64,000 nucleotides of DNA from Gammaproteobacteria bacterium (GCA_029256015.1 JAQSYQ010000009.1:17902-81901), one strand, 5' to 3'; positions 1 through 9,851 are shown, counted from the stretch's first letter. Numbers and translations: made by a program. The notes: generated by a model not told the origin, from the letters alone.

Positions 1-783
1 TTGAGTTCCTGGGAATATCATAGAGTTAAGTTTTTTCTCAATCTCAGGATTAGCTTTGGCTAAAATCATTCCGCCTCTTGGGCCCCTTAAAGTTTTATGA
101 GTGGTAGTCGTGACTACATCTGCAATGTTAATGGGGCTCGGGTAGACTCCTGCTGCCACTAAACCTGCCACATGGGCCATATCAACAAACAAATAAGCCC
201 CCACTTTATCTGCAATCTCGCGGAACTTTTGCCAGTCTACTACTCGAGAATAAGCGGAAAATCCCGCTATAATCATTTTAGGTTTATGCTCTAAAGCCAG
301 CCTTTCCACTTCAGCGTAGTCAATTAGGCCAGTTTCATGATTGACCCCGTATTGAATGGCATTAAATAACTTCCCTGAGAAGTTTACTTTAGAGCCGTGA
401 GTTAGATGTCCGCCATCGGCCAGGCTCATGCCTAATATGGTATCTCCGGGCTGCAGCAAAGCAAAGTAAGCTGCGGCATTAGCTTGAGAGCCAGAATGAG
501 GCTGCACATTAGCATAGGCTGCACCAAATAATTGTTTGGCACGCTCAATAGCCAACTCTTCGGCAATATCTACGAATTCACAGCCGCCGTAATATCTTTT
601 ATGAGGATAACCCTCAGCATATTTATTGGTTAGTTGAGAGCCTTGAGCTTCTAGAACTCGGCGACTTACATAGTTTTCCGAAGCGATTAGCTCGATGTGC
701 TCTTCCTGGCGTCTGTTTTCAGACTCTATGGCCTTGGCAAGTTCTGGGTCAAATGCAGCAATATTGGGTGTGTTGAGGTCCAT
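1..783 (-). CDS. glyA: Serine hydroxymethyltransferase (5' part; runs off window start)
   Basis: Manual translation of - strand from ATG at 783: [38 protein letters not shown]...YAEGYP...PHSGSQAN...GGHLTHG...[13 protein letters not shown]; RBS AAGGAG upstream. Confidence 0.97.
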   Translation of the reverse strand, partial: MDLNTPNIAAFDPELAKAIESENRRQEEHIELIASENYVSRRVLEAQGSQLTNKYAEGYPHKRYYGGCEFVDIAEELAIERAKQLFGAAYANVQPHSGSQANAAAYFALLQPGDTILGMSLADGGHLTHGSKVNFSGKLFNAIQYGVNHETGLIDYAEVERLALEHKPKMIIAGFSAYSRVVDWQKFREIADKVGAYLFVDMAHVAGLVAAGVYPSPINIADVVTTTTHKTLRGPRGGMILAKANPEIEKKLNSMIFPGTQ

Positions 784-970
784 GAGTATTCTCCTTAAAT
801 ACATTTTAGATAGTGTAAACCAGTTCGGCTTCTTTAAAAATGGCAAATTTTTAATTTGCTGCATAGGGATGTTTCTTCCTTTTGCTAAGTTCGATGCATG
901 CTCTTAAGCAAATCTTAAGGGTAGTATGTTAATTTATCAGCTGAGATTTTAACCAGAGAGGAGCTCGCGT

Positions 971-1600
971 TTGCCGGGAGCCAGTAAAGTATTAGTTAAA
1001 GCAGCTAGAGACCGCAATCTTGCACTAGTTAAGGTTCTGTTGGATGCTGGAGCTGATCCTGATATTTCAACGGAGGATGGGGTCACCGCTTTGCATGTGT
1101 CTTGTTTGGTAGGGGAATTGGCCATAGTACAAGCATTGCTAGCCGCTAAAGCAAATCCTAATCTTGTTAATTATGAAGGCTGCACTGCTTTGCATTTGGC
1201 TTGTTCTATAGACAGAGCTGATATAGTGCGGGCTTTGCTGCTTGCTGGAGCTGATCCAAATATACAAGATCCACAAGGTAGGGCCCCTTTACATGAAGCT
1301 TGTACAGAAGGCAATGCAGAAATAATTAAGGATTTACTAAAAGCCGGTGCTAACCCGCTATTAAGAGCTTGGGAACTAAATTTTTTCAATTTGCTAAAAA
1401 AACAAATCCTGATGTTTTCACCGATGAAATTTTATGGGAATTTAAAAAAGAATGGTCTTGGGCTAAACGAGGGCCTTTTTTACAGCTGCGCTATGAAGAT
1501 GACGAAAGGCGCCGTATTCCTAAAGCTAGAGAGCAAGGCAGACCAGGGGAGTCTGCTTCTGGCGAGTCGTCTTCACCGACGCCTTAAACTTAATCTTTAA
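971..1600 (+). CDS. Ankyrin-repeat protein (4 repeats), effector-like; natural C-terminus may lie in the -1 frame (1369-1587)
   Basis: Repeated G.TALH.AC..G...IV..LL.AGADPN motifs; AGAGGAG RBS before TTG. Confidence 0.85.
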   Translation: MPGASKVLVKAARDRNLALVKVLLDAGADPDISTEDGVTALHVSCLVGELAIVQALLAAKANPNLVNYEGCTALHLACSIDRADIVRALLLAGADPNIQDPQGRAPLHEACTEGNAEIIKDLLKAGANPLLRAWELNFFNLLKKQILMFSPMKFYGNLKKNGLGLNEGLFYSCAMKMTKGAVFLKLESKADQGSLLLASRLHRRLKLNL

Positions 1601-1641
1601 TTGGCTGGTTCTTATGCCTTATTTATACAAAGAAATACCCC

Positions 1642-1670
1642 TTGACAAATGCCGTTTTGCGAGGCATTAT
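1642..1670 (+). promoter_or_regulatory. sigma70-type promoter for rpsT
   Basis: TTGACA (1642-1647), 17-bp spacer, CATTAT (1665-1670). Confidence 0.65.
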
Positions 1671-1715
1671 TGCACGTCAAAATTTAACTCGGCGAATTGA
1701 TTGGAGTAAGCAGCC

Positions 1716-1982
1716 TTGGCAAATATTAAATCTGCAAAAAAACGTATTATACAGTCTGAAAAGAACCGTAAGCACAATGCTAGCATGCGTTCTATGATGC
1801 GTACCACCATTAAAAAAGTGGTAGTGGCTCTTGACGCTGGCAATAAAGAACAAGCCCAAGAAGCTTATAACGCTATGCAAAAAGTAGTTGACCGTTATGC
1901 TGATAAAGGTCTGATTCACAAGAATAAAGCAGCTCGTCATAAGAGCCGCTTGAGCGCAAGAATTAAAGCTTTAAGCGCTTAA
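1716..1982 (+). CDS. rpsT: 30S ribosomal protein S20
   Basis: [10 protein letters not shown]...[13 protein letters not shown]; TTG start as in other rpsT genes. Confidence 0.98.
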   Translation: MANIKSAKKRIIQSEKNRKHNASMRSMMRTTIKKVVVALDAGNKEQAQEAYNAMQKVVDRYADKGLIHKNKAARHKSRLSARIKALSA

Positions 1983-1999
1983 TTTCAAAGCTTTAAAAG

Positions 2000-2024
2000 A
2001 ACCGGCCAAGTGCCGGTTTTTTTT
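2000..2024 (+). terminator. Intrinsic terminator
   Basis: AACCGGC-caagt-GCCGGTT followed by T-run. Confidence 0.85.
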
Positions 2025-2120
2025 ATCAGTATTATACAAAAATAGCTCAAATTAATTTATAAAACCCTATATATTATATATCCTTGGACTTTTGGATAAT
2101 TGGTCTTGTAAGGAGTCAAT

Positions 2121-2696
2121 ATGCTTTTAATTAACTCAGAACAAATGGTTGTAGCAGGGCATAAACAAGAGCTTATAAGTACTTTTCACCAGATTCCAAA
2201 AAGAAAAGGCTGTCTTGAATTGGAAATGAACTGTCAGTCATCAGCTACAGCCCTAGCTTTATTTGTGTCTGCATTGTATGAGGTTCTCAGAGATAAAAAG
2301 ATAGATAGCCCAGTTAAGGTCTATGTAAAGCAGGAAGGACCACTTAGGATCGGTGATTTCGAAAAAGAATTTAGCAGAGTGTTGAGCAAGGAACAAAACG
2401 AATTAGTAGGGATCTCTGTAGGAAAGCCTAATAAATTTGTATTTGGTATGCAAATCATTTTACAGCAGTCTAAGCTAAAGAATATTCCCACTAATTCTCC
2501 CTATTCAGTGAGTGCCTCAAGTGCCTCAAGTGCTACCATAGAGCCCATGGACTTGGAGACGCCAAGCAAAAATAAATCCGCCGGCTATAATTCTTCACTA
2601 TTTGCTAACGCCTTGACATTATTTTGCTCATGTTTTAGTAAATATAGTAGGCTTCGTGAAGAGAGTGAAAAGCCTTTTATTGGTAACCCTAAATAA
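2121..2696 (+). CDS. Orphan hypothetical protein, effector-like S-rich C-terminus
   Basis: 191-aa ORF with AAGGAG RBS; no recognisable family. Confidence 0.7.
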   Translation: MLLINSEQMVVAGHKQELISTFHQIPKRKGCLELEMNCQSSATALALFVSALYEVLRDKKIDSPVKVYVKQEGPLRIGDFEKEFSRVLSKEQNELVGISVGKPNKFVFGMQIILQQSKLKNIPTNSPYSVSASSASSATIEPMDLETPSKNKSAGYNSSLFANALTLFCSCFSKYSRLREESEKPFIGNPK

Positions 2697-2703
2697 GAGA
2701 CCT

Positions 2704-3756
2704 ATGACTTCAGTCAATTTTCAACTCGAAGTTCTCTCTTGGTTTGACCAATATGGTCGCAAAGATTTGCCATGGCAAAAAAATATTAATGCCTACCGAG
2801 TTTGGGTATCTGAAATTATGCTGCAACAGACCCAGGTTAGCACCGTGATTCCTTATTTTGAACGATTTATGCGGCGATTCCCTGCTATTCAAGACTTGGC
2901 TAAAGCTGATATTGATGAAGTTTTGCAGCATTGGGCAGGTTTGGGTTATTACGCCAGAGGGAGAAATTTACATAAAGCTGCCAAAATCATAGTAGAACAA
3001 TATCAAGGCCAATTCCCGCAAGATTTAGAATCCGTCAGCAGCTTGCCCGGCATTGGTCGGTCCACTGCCAGCGCTATTTTAGCGATTGCTAATAATCAAG
3101 CTTTGCCTATTTTGGACGGCAATGTGAAAAGGGTCTTAGCAAGATTTGCAGGAGTTAAAGGTTGGCCTGGGGAAAAAAAGGTGGAAGCTAGGCTTTGGCA
3201 CATTGCTGAAGAGTTGATGCCTTATACAAGAACGGCTGATTACACTCAAGCCATGATGGACCTTGGGGCAACGACCTGCACCCGAACTAAGCCTTTATGC
3301 AGTTTGTGCCCAATTAAAGCAGGCTGCCATGCTTTTAAAACCCACAGCATTGCTGAATACCCCGGCAAAAAACCTGCCAAAGCCTACCCACAAAAATCGG
3401 CTTATTGCATGCTGCTAAGCTGGGATAATCAGATTTTGCTGGAAAAGCGCCCCAACAAAGGTATCTGGGGCGGCCTATGGGTACCGCCTTTTTTTGATTC
3501 TATGCTTGAGCTTGAAGAGTGGCTTAGCCAAAATGGCTTAACTTTAAATAAAAAGCTTCATAGTACTCGTAGCCATAAATTTACTCATTACGAGCTTTTA
3601 TACACCCCAGTACTGATAGAATTACAGGAAAGCGCTGATCATCTTTCAGGAAGCTGGTATGATAGTGGCTCATTGGCCCAAATAGGTCTGCCGGCCCCGA
3701 TTAAAACCTTATTAAGAGAACATTATGAGCAGAATGATTTATTGCAAAAAGCTTGA
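2704..3756 (+). CDS. mutY: A/G-specific adenine glycosylase
   Basis: [12 protein letters not shown], Hh[21 protein letters not shown]-x6-C-x2-C-x5-C Fe-S motif; start taken at ATG 2704. Confidence 0.97.
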   Translation: MTSVNFQLEVLSWFDQYGRKDLPWQKNINAYRVWVSEIMLQQTQVSTVIPYFERFMRRFPAIQDLAKADIDEVLQHWAGLGYYARGRNLHKAAKIIVEQYQGQFPQDLESVSSLPGIGRSTASAILAIANNQALPILDGNVKRVLARFAGVKGWPGEKKVEARLWHIAEELMPYTRTADYTQAMMDLGATTCTRTKPLCSLCPIKAGCHAFKTHSIAEYPGKKPAKAYPQKSAYCMLLSWDNQILLEKRPNKGIWGGLWVPPFFDSMLELEEWLSQNGLTLNKKLHSTRSHKFTHYELLYTPVLIELQESADHLSGSWYDSGSLAQIGLPAPIKTLLREHYEQNDLLQKA

Positions 3757-3994
3757 TAAGCAAGCAGAAGGCTTAGATTTTCCTCCCTACCCCGGCGAAC
3801 TAGGCAAAAAAATCCATGAACATATTTCAAAAGAAGCCTGGGGCATGTGGCTTAATCATCAAACCATGCTAATTAATGAATATCGCCTGAATATGCTTGA
3901 CCCACAAGCCAGAGACTTTTTGAAAAAAGAGATGGAAAAATTTCTGTTCGGGGAAGGCTCTGAAAAACCGGCGGGTTATGTTCCAACTGAATAA
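3725..3994 (+). CDS. yggX: Oxidative damage protection / Fe(II)-trafficking protein
   Basis: [10 protein letters not shown]...[18 protein letters not shown]; conserved mutY-yggX synteny. Confidence 0.95.
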   Translation: MSRMIYCKKLDKQAEGLDFPPYPGELGKKIHEHISKEAWGMWLNHQTMLINEYRLNMLDPQARDFLKKEMEKFLFGEGSEKPAGYVPTE

Positions 3995-4266
3995 ATAGAT
4001 TTATTGATCACAGCAAATTTATTTGTTATTTTGATCAAATAGCATAAAAAAGATCTAAACAATGTCTCAATTACCGCAGAACATAGCTAGTCTTAGCCAA
4101 GCAGTTTTAACTGCTGCGGTATCCTATTGGTATTATTTTACTCCTCGAGCGACCTGCCTAGCCTAGGCCCCATCCATTTATTACGCTCACGCCCCCTAGG
4201 TTAGGGGTATTTAGGCGTGAGAAAAACATATAAACCAAATGGATAAAAAATTGAAGGAGCAAAATC

Positions 4267-4758
4267 ATGCCATTATATGCCTATCAAGCAATTCCTATTA
4301 CGCTTGACCACCTGGATACTATTGAGAAGTTAGCTATAGCGCTAATATTAACGATACGCAAAGCGAGAAATACTGCTGAAGCAGAGCATGCGTGCATAGT
4401 AAAAGCCTTGAAAGACTACTTGAGATCTCTTCCATTAGAAATATTCGGCACTCATACCTCCAAAGCTAAGCAGCTTCTAGAAGAAAGTAAAGTACGGCTT
4501 TTAAAAAGAGGTGAAATCCGTGAGTATGTTCGGCAAAGGGAAGCGATGGGGCGTCCTATCGATAAAAGCTATGATGGGAGATTCCATTTTTATGTAGTAG
4601 CCCCTTTAGATCATCCAGCTGTTGGCAGAGAGCTTGCAAGACGCTACGCTGAAGAAGCACAGCGGCAACAAATTGTTGCTGCTCAGCTTCCAGTAAGGGC
4701 TGCGATGCAAAGCAGAGGCGAGATAGAGTTAACTTCTATCAGGCGTGCAGGCGCATAG
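4267..4758 (+). CDS. Orphan hypothetical protein
   Basis: 163-aa ORF, AAGGAG RBS, followed by terminator. Confidence 0.7.
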   Translation: MPLYAYQAIPITLDHLDTIEKLAIALILTIRKARNTAEAEHACIVKALKDYLRSLPLEIFGTHTSKAKQLLEESKVRLLKRGEIREYVRQREAMGRPIDKSYDGRFHFYVVAPLDHPAVGRELARRYAEEAQRQQIVAAQLPVRAAMQSRGEIELTSIRRAGA

Positions 4759-4768
4759 TAGCTATTAT

Positions 4769-4805
4769 TAAGCCAGGTTGATAACATTAATCTGGCTTAT
4801 TTTTT
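4769..4805 (+). terminator. Probable intrinsic terminator
   Basis: TAAGCCAGGTT...AATCTGGCTTA plus T-run. Confidence 0.6.
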
Positions 4806-4833
4806 AAATTTAATCCGCTCTGTGCAATATTGC

Positions 4834-4862
4834 TTGACGCCGAGCCTTGAATCCTATTTAAT
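4834..4862 (+). promoter_or_regulatory. Promoter of tRNA-Phe
   Basis: TTGACG, 17 bp, TTTAAT, then GC-rich discriminator (AAGCCCGC). Confidence 0.6.
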
Positions 4863-4871
4863 AAGCCCGCT

Positions 4872-4944
4872 GGTCTGGTAGCTCAGTCGGTAGAGCAGAG
4901 GATTGAAAATCCTTGTGTCGACAGTTCGATTCTGTCCCGGAATC
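4872..4944 (+). tRNA. tRNA-Phe(GAA) with disrupted 3' end (no CCA, G2:A71 mismatch)
   Basis: Cloverleaf: D arm GCTC/GAGC, anticodon arm GAGGA-TTGAAAA-TCCTT, T arm GACAG-TTCGATT-CTGTC; acceptor 3' strand reads CCGGAAT-C instead of CCGGACC-ACCA. Confidence 0.9.
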
Positions 4945-5257
4945 CTTCGCGACGTTAGTTCGATCCCGGCGCCATTTTGCAGTATACTTCAATAAAAAAC
5001 GCCTTGCTTGGATTTTCAATCCGTGAGGATGTTTAAATCCTTCGCGACGTTAGTTCGATCCCGGTGCCATTTTGCAGTAAACTTCAATAAAAAAACGCCT
5101 TGCTTGGATTTTCAATCCGTGAGGATGTTTAAATCCTTCGCGACGTTAGTTCGATCCCGACGTCATTTTGCAGTAAACTTCAGTAAAAAACGCCTTATTT
5201 GGGGTATTAATCTCTAAGGCGTGAACTATTCGCGAGCTTAGTTCAGTTCTATCCCGC
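4941..5257 (+). repeat. Tandem ~95-96-bp tRNA-derived repeats (units at 4941, 5036, 5132, degenerate remnant ~5229)
   Basis: AATCCTTCGCGACGTTAGTTCGATCCCG... recurs at 95/96-bp period. Confidence 0.95.
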
Positions 5258-5259
5258 AA

Positions 5260-6660
5260 TTAATAAGGGGCTGGTGAGGAAGTGGCCGCTCCCGCTCCTC
5301 CCATCGCAGAGGAAAGGGGTAGGGCAGTTTTTGGTTTAACCTCATCAAGGCATGCTAAGTAAGAAGTATATTTAGCTCTAGCTTTTTCTGTCATCTTGGG
5401 GTCTCTCATTCTTTTTTCAATTTCTGCTTTGATAGACCCAGCAAGAGGTCCACTTTTATCAAGTAGGCTAAGGCAGGTTTTGATTGTATCTGAAGGCAAA
5501 TCGAGTAACTCTTTTATCATTGTTTGATCCATCACATAAGATTCTCGCTTGCTTCCATCATAACAATCAGTAGTTTTTACAAATCTAACAAGATGCTCCA
5601 AAGCTTTAAGATTGGCTGGCAAAAGCGCTTTTTTATCTTCGCTCAATTCATGGTAAGCAGTAATCAAAAACTCATAAGCTTTTAAATCAGGGATAATTTT
5701 ATTTAAAGCATTTAATAATGCCTTACTTTCTTCTGCATTAGCGGTGTTCAGTTTCTGCATCCAGGCTTTTGTTAAAGTTTTGTTGCTGTCATCATTTAAA
5801 TAGCAACGCATACGGAGTTTCAAAAACCTGCTGGGAAACTTGCTTAAATTATCAAGAGCGAAGTCAGACATATGAATATTTCCAACATGCGGAACCATCT
5901 TTTGAAACTTCTCAAGGCTGATTCTGTCGTCGTTTAGTAAATTAGAAGTTAAGCTTTTATCATAGGTTTTGGCGATAAGAAAAAGCCTTTCCACCCAAGT
6001 ATCTATGTCACCGCAGGCTGTATCTACAATCTTATTGATGATCACCTTGATTATGTCATCAGCTAGGAGTCTTACCGTATCATTATGGCGTTTTATTGTT
6101 ACTTCTAAAGCTCTGGAGTCTAGCTTAGCAAGATCTGGAGCAGTTAGTTTTGGTTTGGCTGCTTCTGCAGACATTGCTTCTTGTTTAGGCGGTAAATAGG
6201 GACCAAATGCTTTTTCGATAAGCTCAACAGTCAGCAGTTTTTTGTGATGTAACAGACCAAAAATGGCTTCGACCACATCAGCTTTTTGATGCATGCTAAG
6301 AGAGATTTCTATCGCCTGAACAAAGCGGTCAAGCTTCCATTCTTCATAGAGTTTATTTAGAGGCTGTTCTTTATCATTGCCGACAAGACGCACCTTTTCA
6401 TTGTGATAGCTGCCTCTAAAGTTTCTTTTATCCAATATATCAAGTATTACTGAGTCTAGGTTAGCATCTCCTTTGAGCTGCATAGTAGCTAAATCTTTTT
6501 TTGCTAAGCCTGGGACAGCTTCAGCAGCTGCTTTATAGCTTGGGAGGGTAAAAACTTCATCAAGCTCATCATCACTGAGGGAGTAGGTAGAAATCCCTAG
6601 CTTATCCTGCATCATTCTTTTAAAGCCATCATAATATCCGCTAGTATAGCCGTAGGACAT
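5260..6660 (-). CDS. Orphan helical protein, candidate secreted effector
   Basis: 466-aa ORF, GGAG RBS, tail ...AMGGAGAATSSPAPY. Confidence 0.8.
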   Translation of the reverse strand: MSYGYTSGYYDGFKRMMQDKLGISTYSLSDDELDEVFTLPSYKAAAEAVPGLAKKDLATMQLKGDANLDSVILDILDKRNFRGSYHNEKVRLVGNDKEQPLNKLYEEWKLDRFVQAIEISLSMHQKADVVEAIFGLLHHKKLLTVELIEKAFGPYLPPKQEAMSAEAAKPKLTAPDLAKLDSRALEVTIKRHNDTVRLLADDIIKVIINKIVDTACGDIDTWVERLFLIAKTYDKSLTSNLLNDDRISLEKFQKMVPHVGNIHMSDFALDNLSKFPSRFLKLRMRCYLNDDSNKTLTKAWMQKLNTANAEESKALLNALNKIIPDLKAYEFLITAYHELSEDKKALLPANLKALEHLVRFVKTTDCYDGSKRESYVMDQTMIKELLDLPSDTIKTCLSLLDKSGPLAGSIKAEIEKRMRDPKMTEKARAKYTSYLACLDEVKPKTALPLSSAMGGAGAATSSPAPY

Positions 6661-6811
6661 AGCAATCTCCCGTTAGTTAGAATAAGTGATCGAGTATACA
6701 GGAAAACTCCAGGTTAAATCTATATGACTATTATGCAGACATTTGTCGAAACCACACTCTATGCTGAATTTGGAAGCTTTATTTCCCAGCCTAACAAGAC
6801 TTGCTTAAAGA

Positions 6812-7180
6812 TCATTGATGCTCTGCTTCATCATGCAGGTCGTATATTTTCCCAAGCTTCTGATTAACGGCTTCCGCTGCACTTGGGTTTATGCTACACA
6901 TGGCATTTCCTTTTCTCATTTTGAGCTCGCAAAGCATTTGAAAACGGCGGTGAAAAATATCAGCTTCTTTTGCAAGATTGCGAATAAGCGCTTGATGAGC
7001 TTGTGCGTCTGGGTTTTTGCTACTGCTATAGGCTTCTGGATGCCGCTGCACCGCAAATTGTGGCGCATCATAAGCGGATTCAACAGCCCCTACTGTATTG
7101 CTTACTGCACTTCAGCCGACAACTGCTTATAGTGCTTCGGGTCCTACCCCTTAAAGCTTGTAAACCCAGCATTAATTCTT
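6812..7180 (-). pseudogene. Possible degraded orphan gene
   Basis: 79-aa ORF extends upstream in frame through several stops (…FKG*DPKHYKQLSAEVQ*AIQ*GAVESAY…). Confidence 0.3.
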
Positions 7181-7200
7181 TAAAGTAGGTCTGTTTTTAA

Positions 7201-7788
7201 TTGAGCAGACCTATGCAGCAATTTATTGAAACTACACTCAATACCGAATTCGGGACCTTTATTTTCCGGGTATACCAAGACTCTCCTGGAAAAGAAACCA
7301 TTGCTTTGTATTCAGAAAAGCTGGACCCCACTCAGGCCCCCTTGGTTAGAGTTCATAGTGAATGCATCACGGGAGACACTTTTGGCAGCAGGAGATGTGA
7401 TTGCGGTCCTCAACTCAATAAAGCCTTAGAAGACATCAGTAAAGATGGCAATGGCATTTTAATTTACTTGAGACAGGAAGGCCGCGGCATAGGGCTTTTT
7501 GAAAAAGTTAAAGCTTATCAGCTTCAAGATCAAGGCTATGATACCTATGAGGCTAATGTGATGTTGGGTCATCTTCCCGATGCAAGGACCTATGAAACCG
7601 CTAAAGCAGTCTTGGATGATTTTAAAGTCGAACGAATCCGATTATTGACCAATAATCCCTCGAAAATTTCAGAGATCGAACAAGCTGGAATTGAAGTTGC
7701 CGAAAGAATCCCCTTGCTGATCTCAGCGAATCCCCACAATACTCACTATCTTTTATCCAAAAAAACGAAGTTTAACCACCTTTTTTAA
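7201..7788 (+). CDS. ribA: GTP cyclohydrolase II
   Basis: VRVHSECITGD.FGS.RCDCG.QL, YLRQEGRGIGL, LLTNNP.K. Confidence 0.96.
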   Translation: MSRPMQQFIETTLNTEFGTFIFRVYQDSPGKETIALYSEKLDPTQAPLVRVHSECITGDTFGSRRCDCGPQLNKALEDISKDGNGILIYLRQEGRGIGLFEKVKAYQLQDQGYDTYEANVMLGHLPDARTYETAKAVLDDFKVERIRLLTNNPSKISEIEQAGIEVAERIPLLISANPHNTHYLLSKKTKFNHLF

Positions 7789-7908
7789 AATCGCAGAAGT
7801 TTGCTTCTTCAGTTTGCTTGTATATTTCCCTATGCTTTTAACAGCAATAGGTGAAAATTTAGCTACAATCCAGGTATAATAGCTTTTTTTGGCTACAAGG
7901 CATGGCAT

Positions 7909-9627
7909 ATGAAGCGCAATTACGACAAGAAAAAAGATCAGGACGGTAATGTTTACTATGAAGTTAAACCGGCCGGCTATAACTTATTGCGTAGCCCCAC
8001 TTTAAACAAAGGCTCGGCTTTCCCTGCTGAGGAAAGGGAAGCTTTTGGCCTTGTCGGTTTATTGCCACCTTGCGAGAGCGATATCGAGACTCAGATCAAG
8101 CGCACCTATCAAACCTTTTTAAGCAAACATAACGATATCGAAAAACATATTTACCTTCGCGGCGTGCAGGATTCCAACGAAACCTTATTTTACGCAGTGG
8201 TGAACCGCTACATTACCGAGATGATGCCGATTGTTTACACTCCTGTTGTCGGCATGGCTTGCCAAAAATTTAGTCATATTTACCGATATCCTCGAGGTCT
8301 GTATTTAGCCTATCCTTACCGCAATAGAATCGATGAAATCTTAGCCGACGAATGGTTTGATCGAGTTGAAGTGATAGTGGTATCAGACGGCGAGCGCATT
8401 TTAGGCTTAGGAGATCAAGGCGTAGGAGGCATGGGCATCCCGATCGGTAAGTTATCACTTTATACCGCCTGTGCGGGAATCGATCCTGTCACTACTTTAC
8501 CCATTTTGCTGGATACAGGAACCAATAACGTGGACTTGCTTGAAGACCCTCTTTATATGGGCTGGCGCCATGAAAGGGTCAGAGGCAAGGAATACGACGA
8601 ATTTGTTGAGATGTTTGTCAAAGCGGTCAAAAAGCGCTGGCCGCATGTGTTGCTGCAATGGGAAGACTTTGCCCAAATTAATGCCAATCCGATTTTAGCC
8701 AGATACAAAGACCAACTTTGCACCTTTAACGATGATATTCAAGGCACTGCCTCGGTTGCCGCGGGTACGCTTTTAGCCGCCATGCGAGTCACCGGGACCT
8801 CACTCAAAGACCAAAGGATTTGTTTGTTCGGAGCAGGCTCCGCTGGATGTGGCATTAGTGAGCTATTGGTCCATATTTTGATGGAAGAAGGCTTGTCTGA
8901 AACTGAAGCAAGGTCTCGTTTTTATTTGGTGGACCGCAATGGCTTATTGATTGAGGGCATGCAAGATTTGCAATCTTTCCAAGAACCTTTTAAACAAGCT
9001 CGCAGCAAAATAGCCGACTGGCAATGTGACGATAAAAACATGATTAGCCTAATGGATGTGGTTAAAAACGCGCATCCTACCGTGTTGATTGGAGTATCAG
9101 GCCAGGCTGGTTTATTTAGCGAAGAAATAGTGCGTGAGATGGCTACACATTGCAAACGTCCCATTATCTTCCCGCTCTCTAACCCCACAAGTAAAGCCGA
9201 AGCCACTCCCGCAGATCTTTTAAAGTGGACAGAGGGTAGGGCTTTAGTTGGCACAGGCAGCCCATTTCCCGATGTCATGAAAAACGGCAAAGCTTGTAGA
9301 GTTGACCAAACCAACAACGCCTATATTTTCCCAGGATTAGGGCTGGCAGCGGTGGCAGCGAAGTTGCCGAAAATTTCCAATGAAATGTTTATGACTGCAG
9401 CCAAGGCTTTAGCTGACTGCTCTCCTGCTAAAAACAATCCAGAGGCTAATCTTTTGCCTCCTTTGACCGATATCCGCGAGATTTCCATGAGGATTGCTTT
9501 GGCCGTATTGAAACAAGCCATCAAAGAAGGGCATCTAGCAGAGGTTTCAGATGAAGCCATGCTTCACATGTTACTTGAGAAAATGTGGAGACCTGAGTAC
9601 ATATCGTATAAAAGAGTGAAAGCTTAA
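7909..9627 (+). CDS. maeA: NAD-dependent malic enzyme
   Basis: NKGSAF, DGERILGLGDQG, FNDDIQGT, GAGSAG, PLSNPT. Confidence 0.95.
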   Translation: MKRNYDKKKDQDGNVYYEVKPAGYNLLRSPTLNKGSAFPAEEREAFGLVGLLPPCESDIETQIKRTYQTFLSKHNDIEKHIYLRGVQDSNETLFYAVVNRYITEMMPIVYTPVVGMACQKFSHIYRYPRGLYLAYPYRNRIDEILADEWFDRVEVIVVSDGERILGLGDQGVGGMGIPIGKLSLYTACAGIDPVTTLPILLDTGTNNVDLLEDPLYMGWRHERVRGKEYDEFVEMFVKAVKKRWPHVLLQWEDFAQINANPILARYKDQLCTFNDDIQGTASVAAGTLLAAMRVTGTSLKDQRICLFGAGSAGCGISELLVHILMEEGLSETEARSRFYLVDRNGLLIEGMQDLQSFQEPFKQARSKIADWQCDDKNMISLMDVVKNAHPTVLIGVSGQAGLFSEEIVREMATHCKRPIIFPLSNPTSKAEATPADLLKWTEGRALVGTGSPFPDVMKNGKACRVDQTNNAYIFPGLGLAAVAAKLPKISNEMFMTAAKALADCSPAKNNPEANLLPPLTDIREISMRIALAVLKQAIKEGHLAEVSDEAMLHMLLEKMWRPEYISYKRVKA

Positions 9628-9706
9628 AATCCCTCCTAGCCTCCCTTTATTAAAGGGAGGAATACACATAAGTCCCCTCCTTTTTTAAAGGACCTAGGGT
9701 GGATTT
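9627..9706. repeat. Palindromic REP/MITE-like element (AAATCCCTCC family)
   Basis: Termini AAATCCCTCCTAG / CTAGGGTGGATTT, internal hairpin CCTCCCTTT-att-AAAGGGAGG; related to 20470-20617 and 52257-52289. Confidence 0.8.
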
Positions 9707-9707
9707 C

Positions 9708-9787
9708 TCGCAGACAAAGCCTATGCCCTGCAATCATCTGATTGATAAAGGCCTGCAGCTATCTCATCTGATCGGTCAAAAACAGCC
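9708..9787 (-). pseudogene. Diverged remnant of a kdpD 3' end
   Basis: Translates LFLTDQMR*LQAFINQ...ALSA; matches kdpD 12988-13089 (LLLTDQMRLLQAFINQ...ALSA) with mostly synonymous changes. Confidence 0.8.
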
Positions 9788-9818
9788 ATTATGGTGCTTC
9801 CTCGATCTTGTGAATGAG

Positions 9819-9846
9819 AAACCGCTGCGTGATGATCAGCGGTTTT
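9819..9846. terminator. Hairpin downstream of the 9852-10961 gene
   Basis: AAACCGCTG-n9-CAGCGGTTT. Confidence 0.55.
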
Positions 9847-9851
9847 AATGA

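Noticed and set aside
4073-4222. Hairpins (ACCGCAG/CTGCGGT; CTCACGCC/GGCGTGAG) upstream of the 4267 ORF as a riboswitch
   Set aside because: No recognisable aptamer consensus; cannot support without an Rfam search
5008-5217. 69-aa ORF with internal repeat
   Set aside because: By-product of the 96-bp repeat period; TTG start with no clear RBS
4941-5257. CRISPR array
   Set aside because: Units repeat in full with no unique spacers; no cas genes in the window
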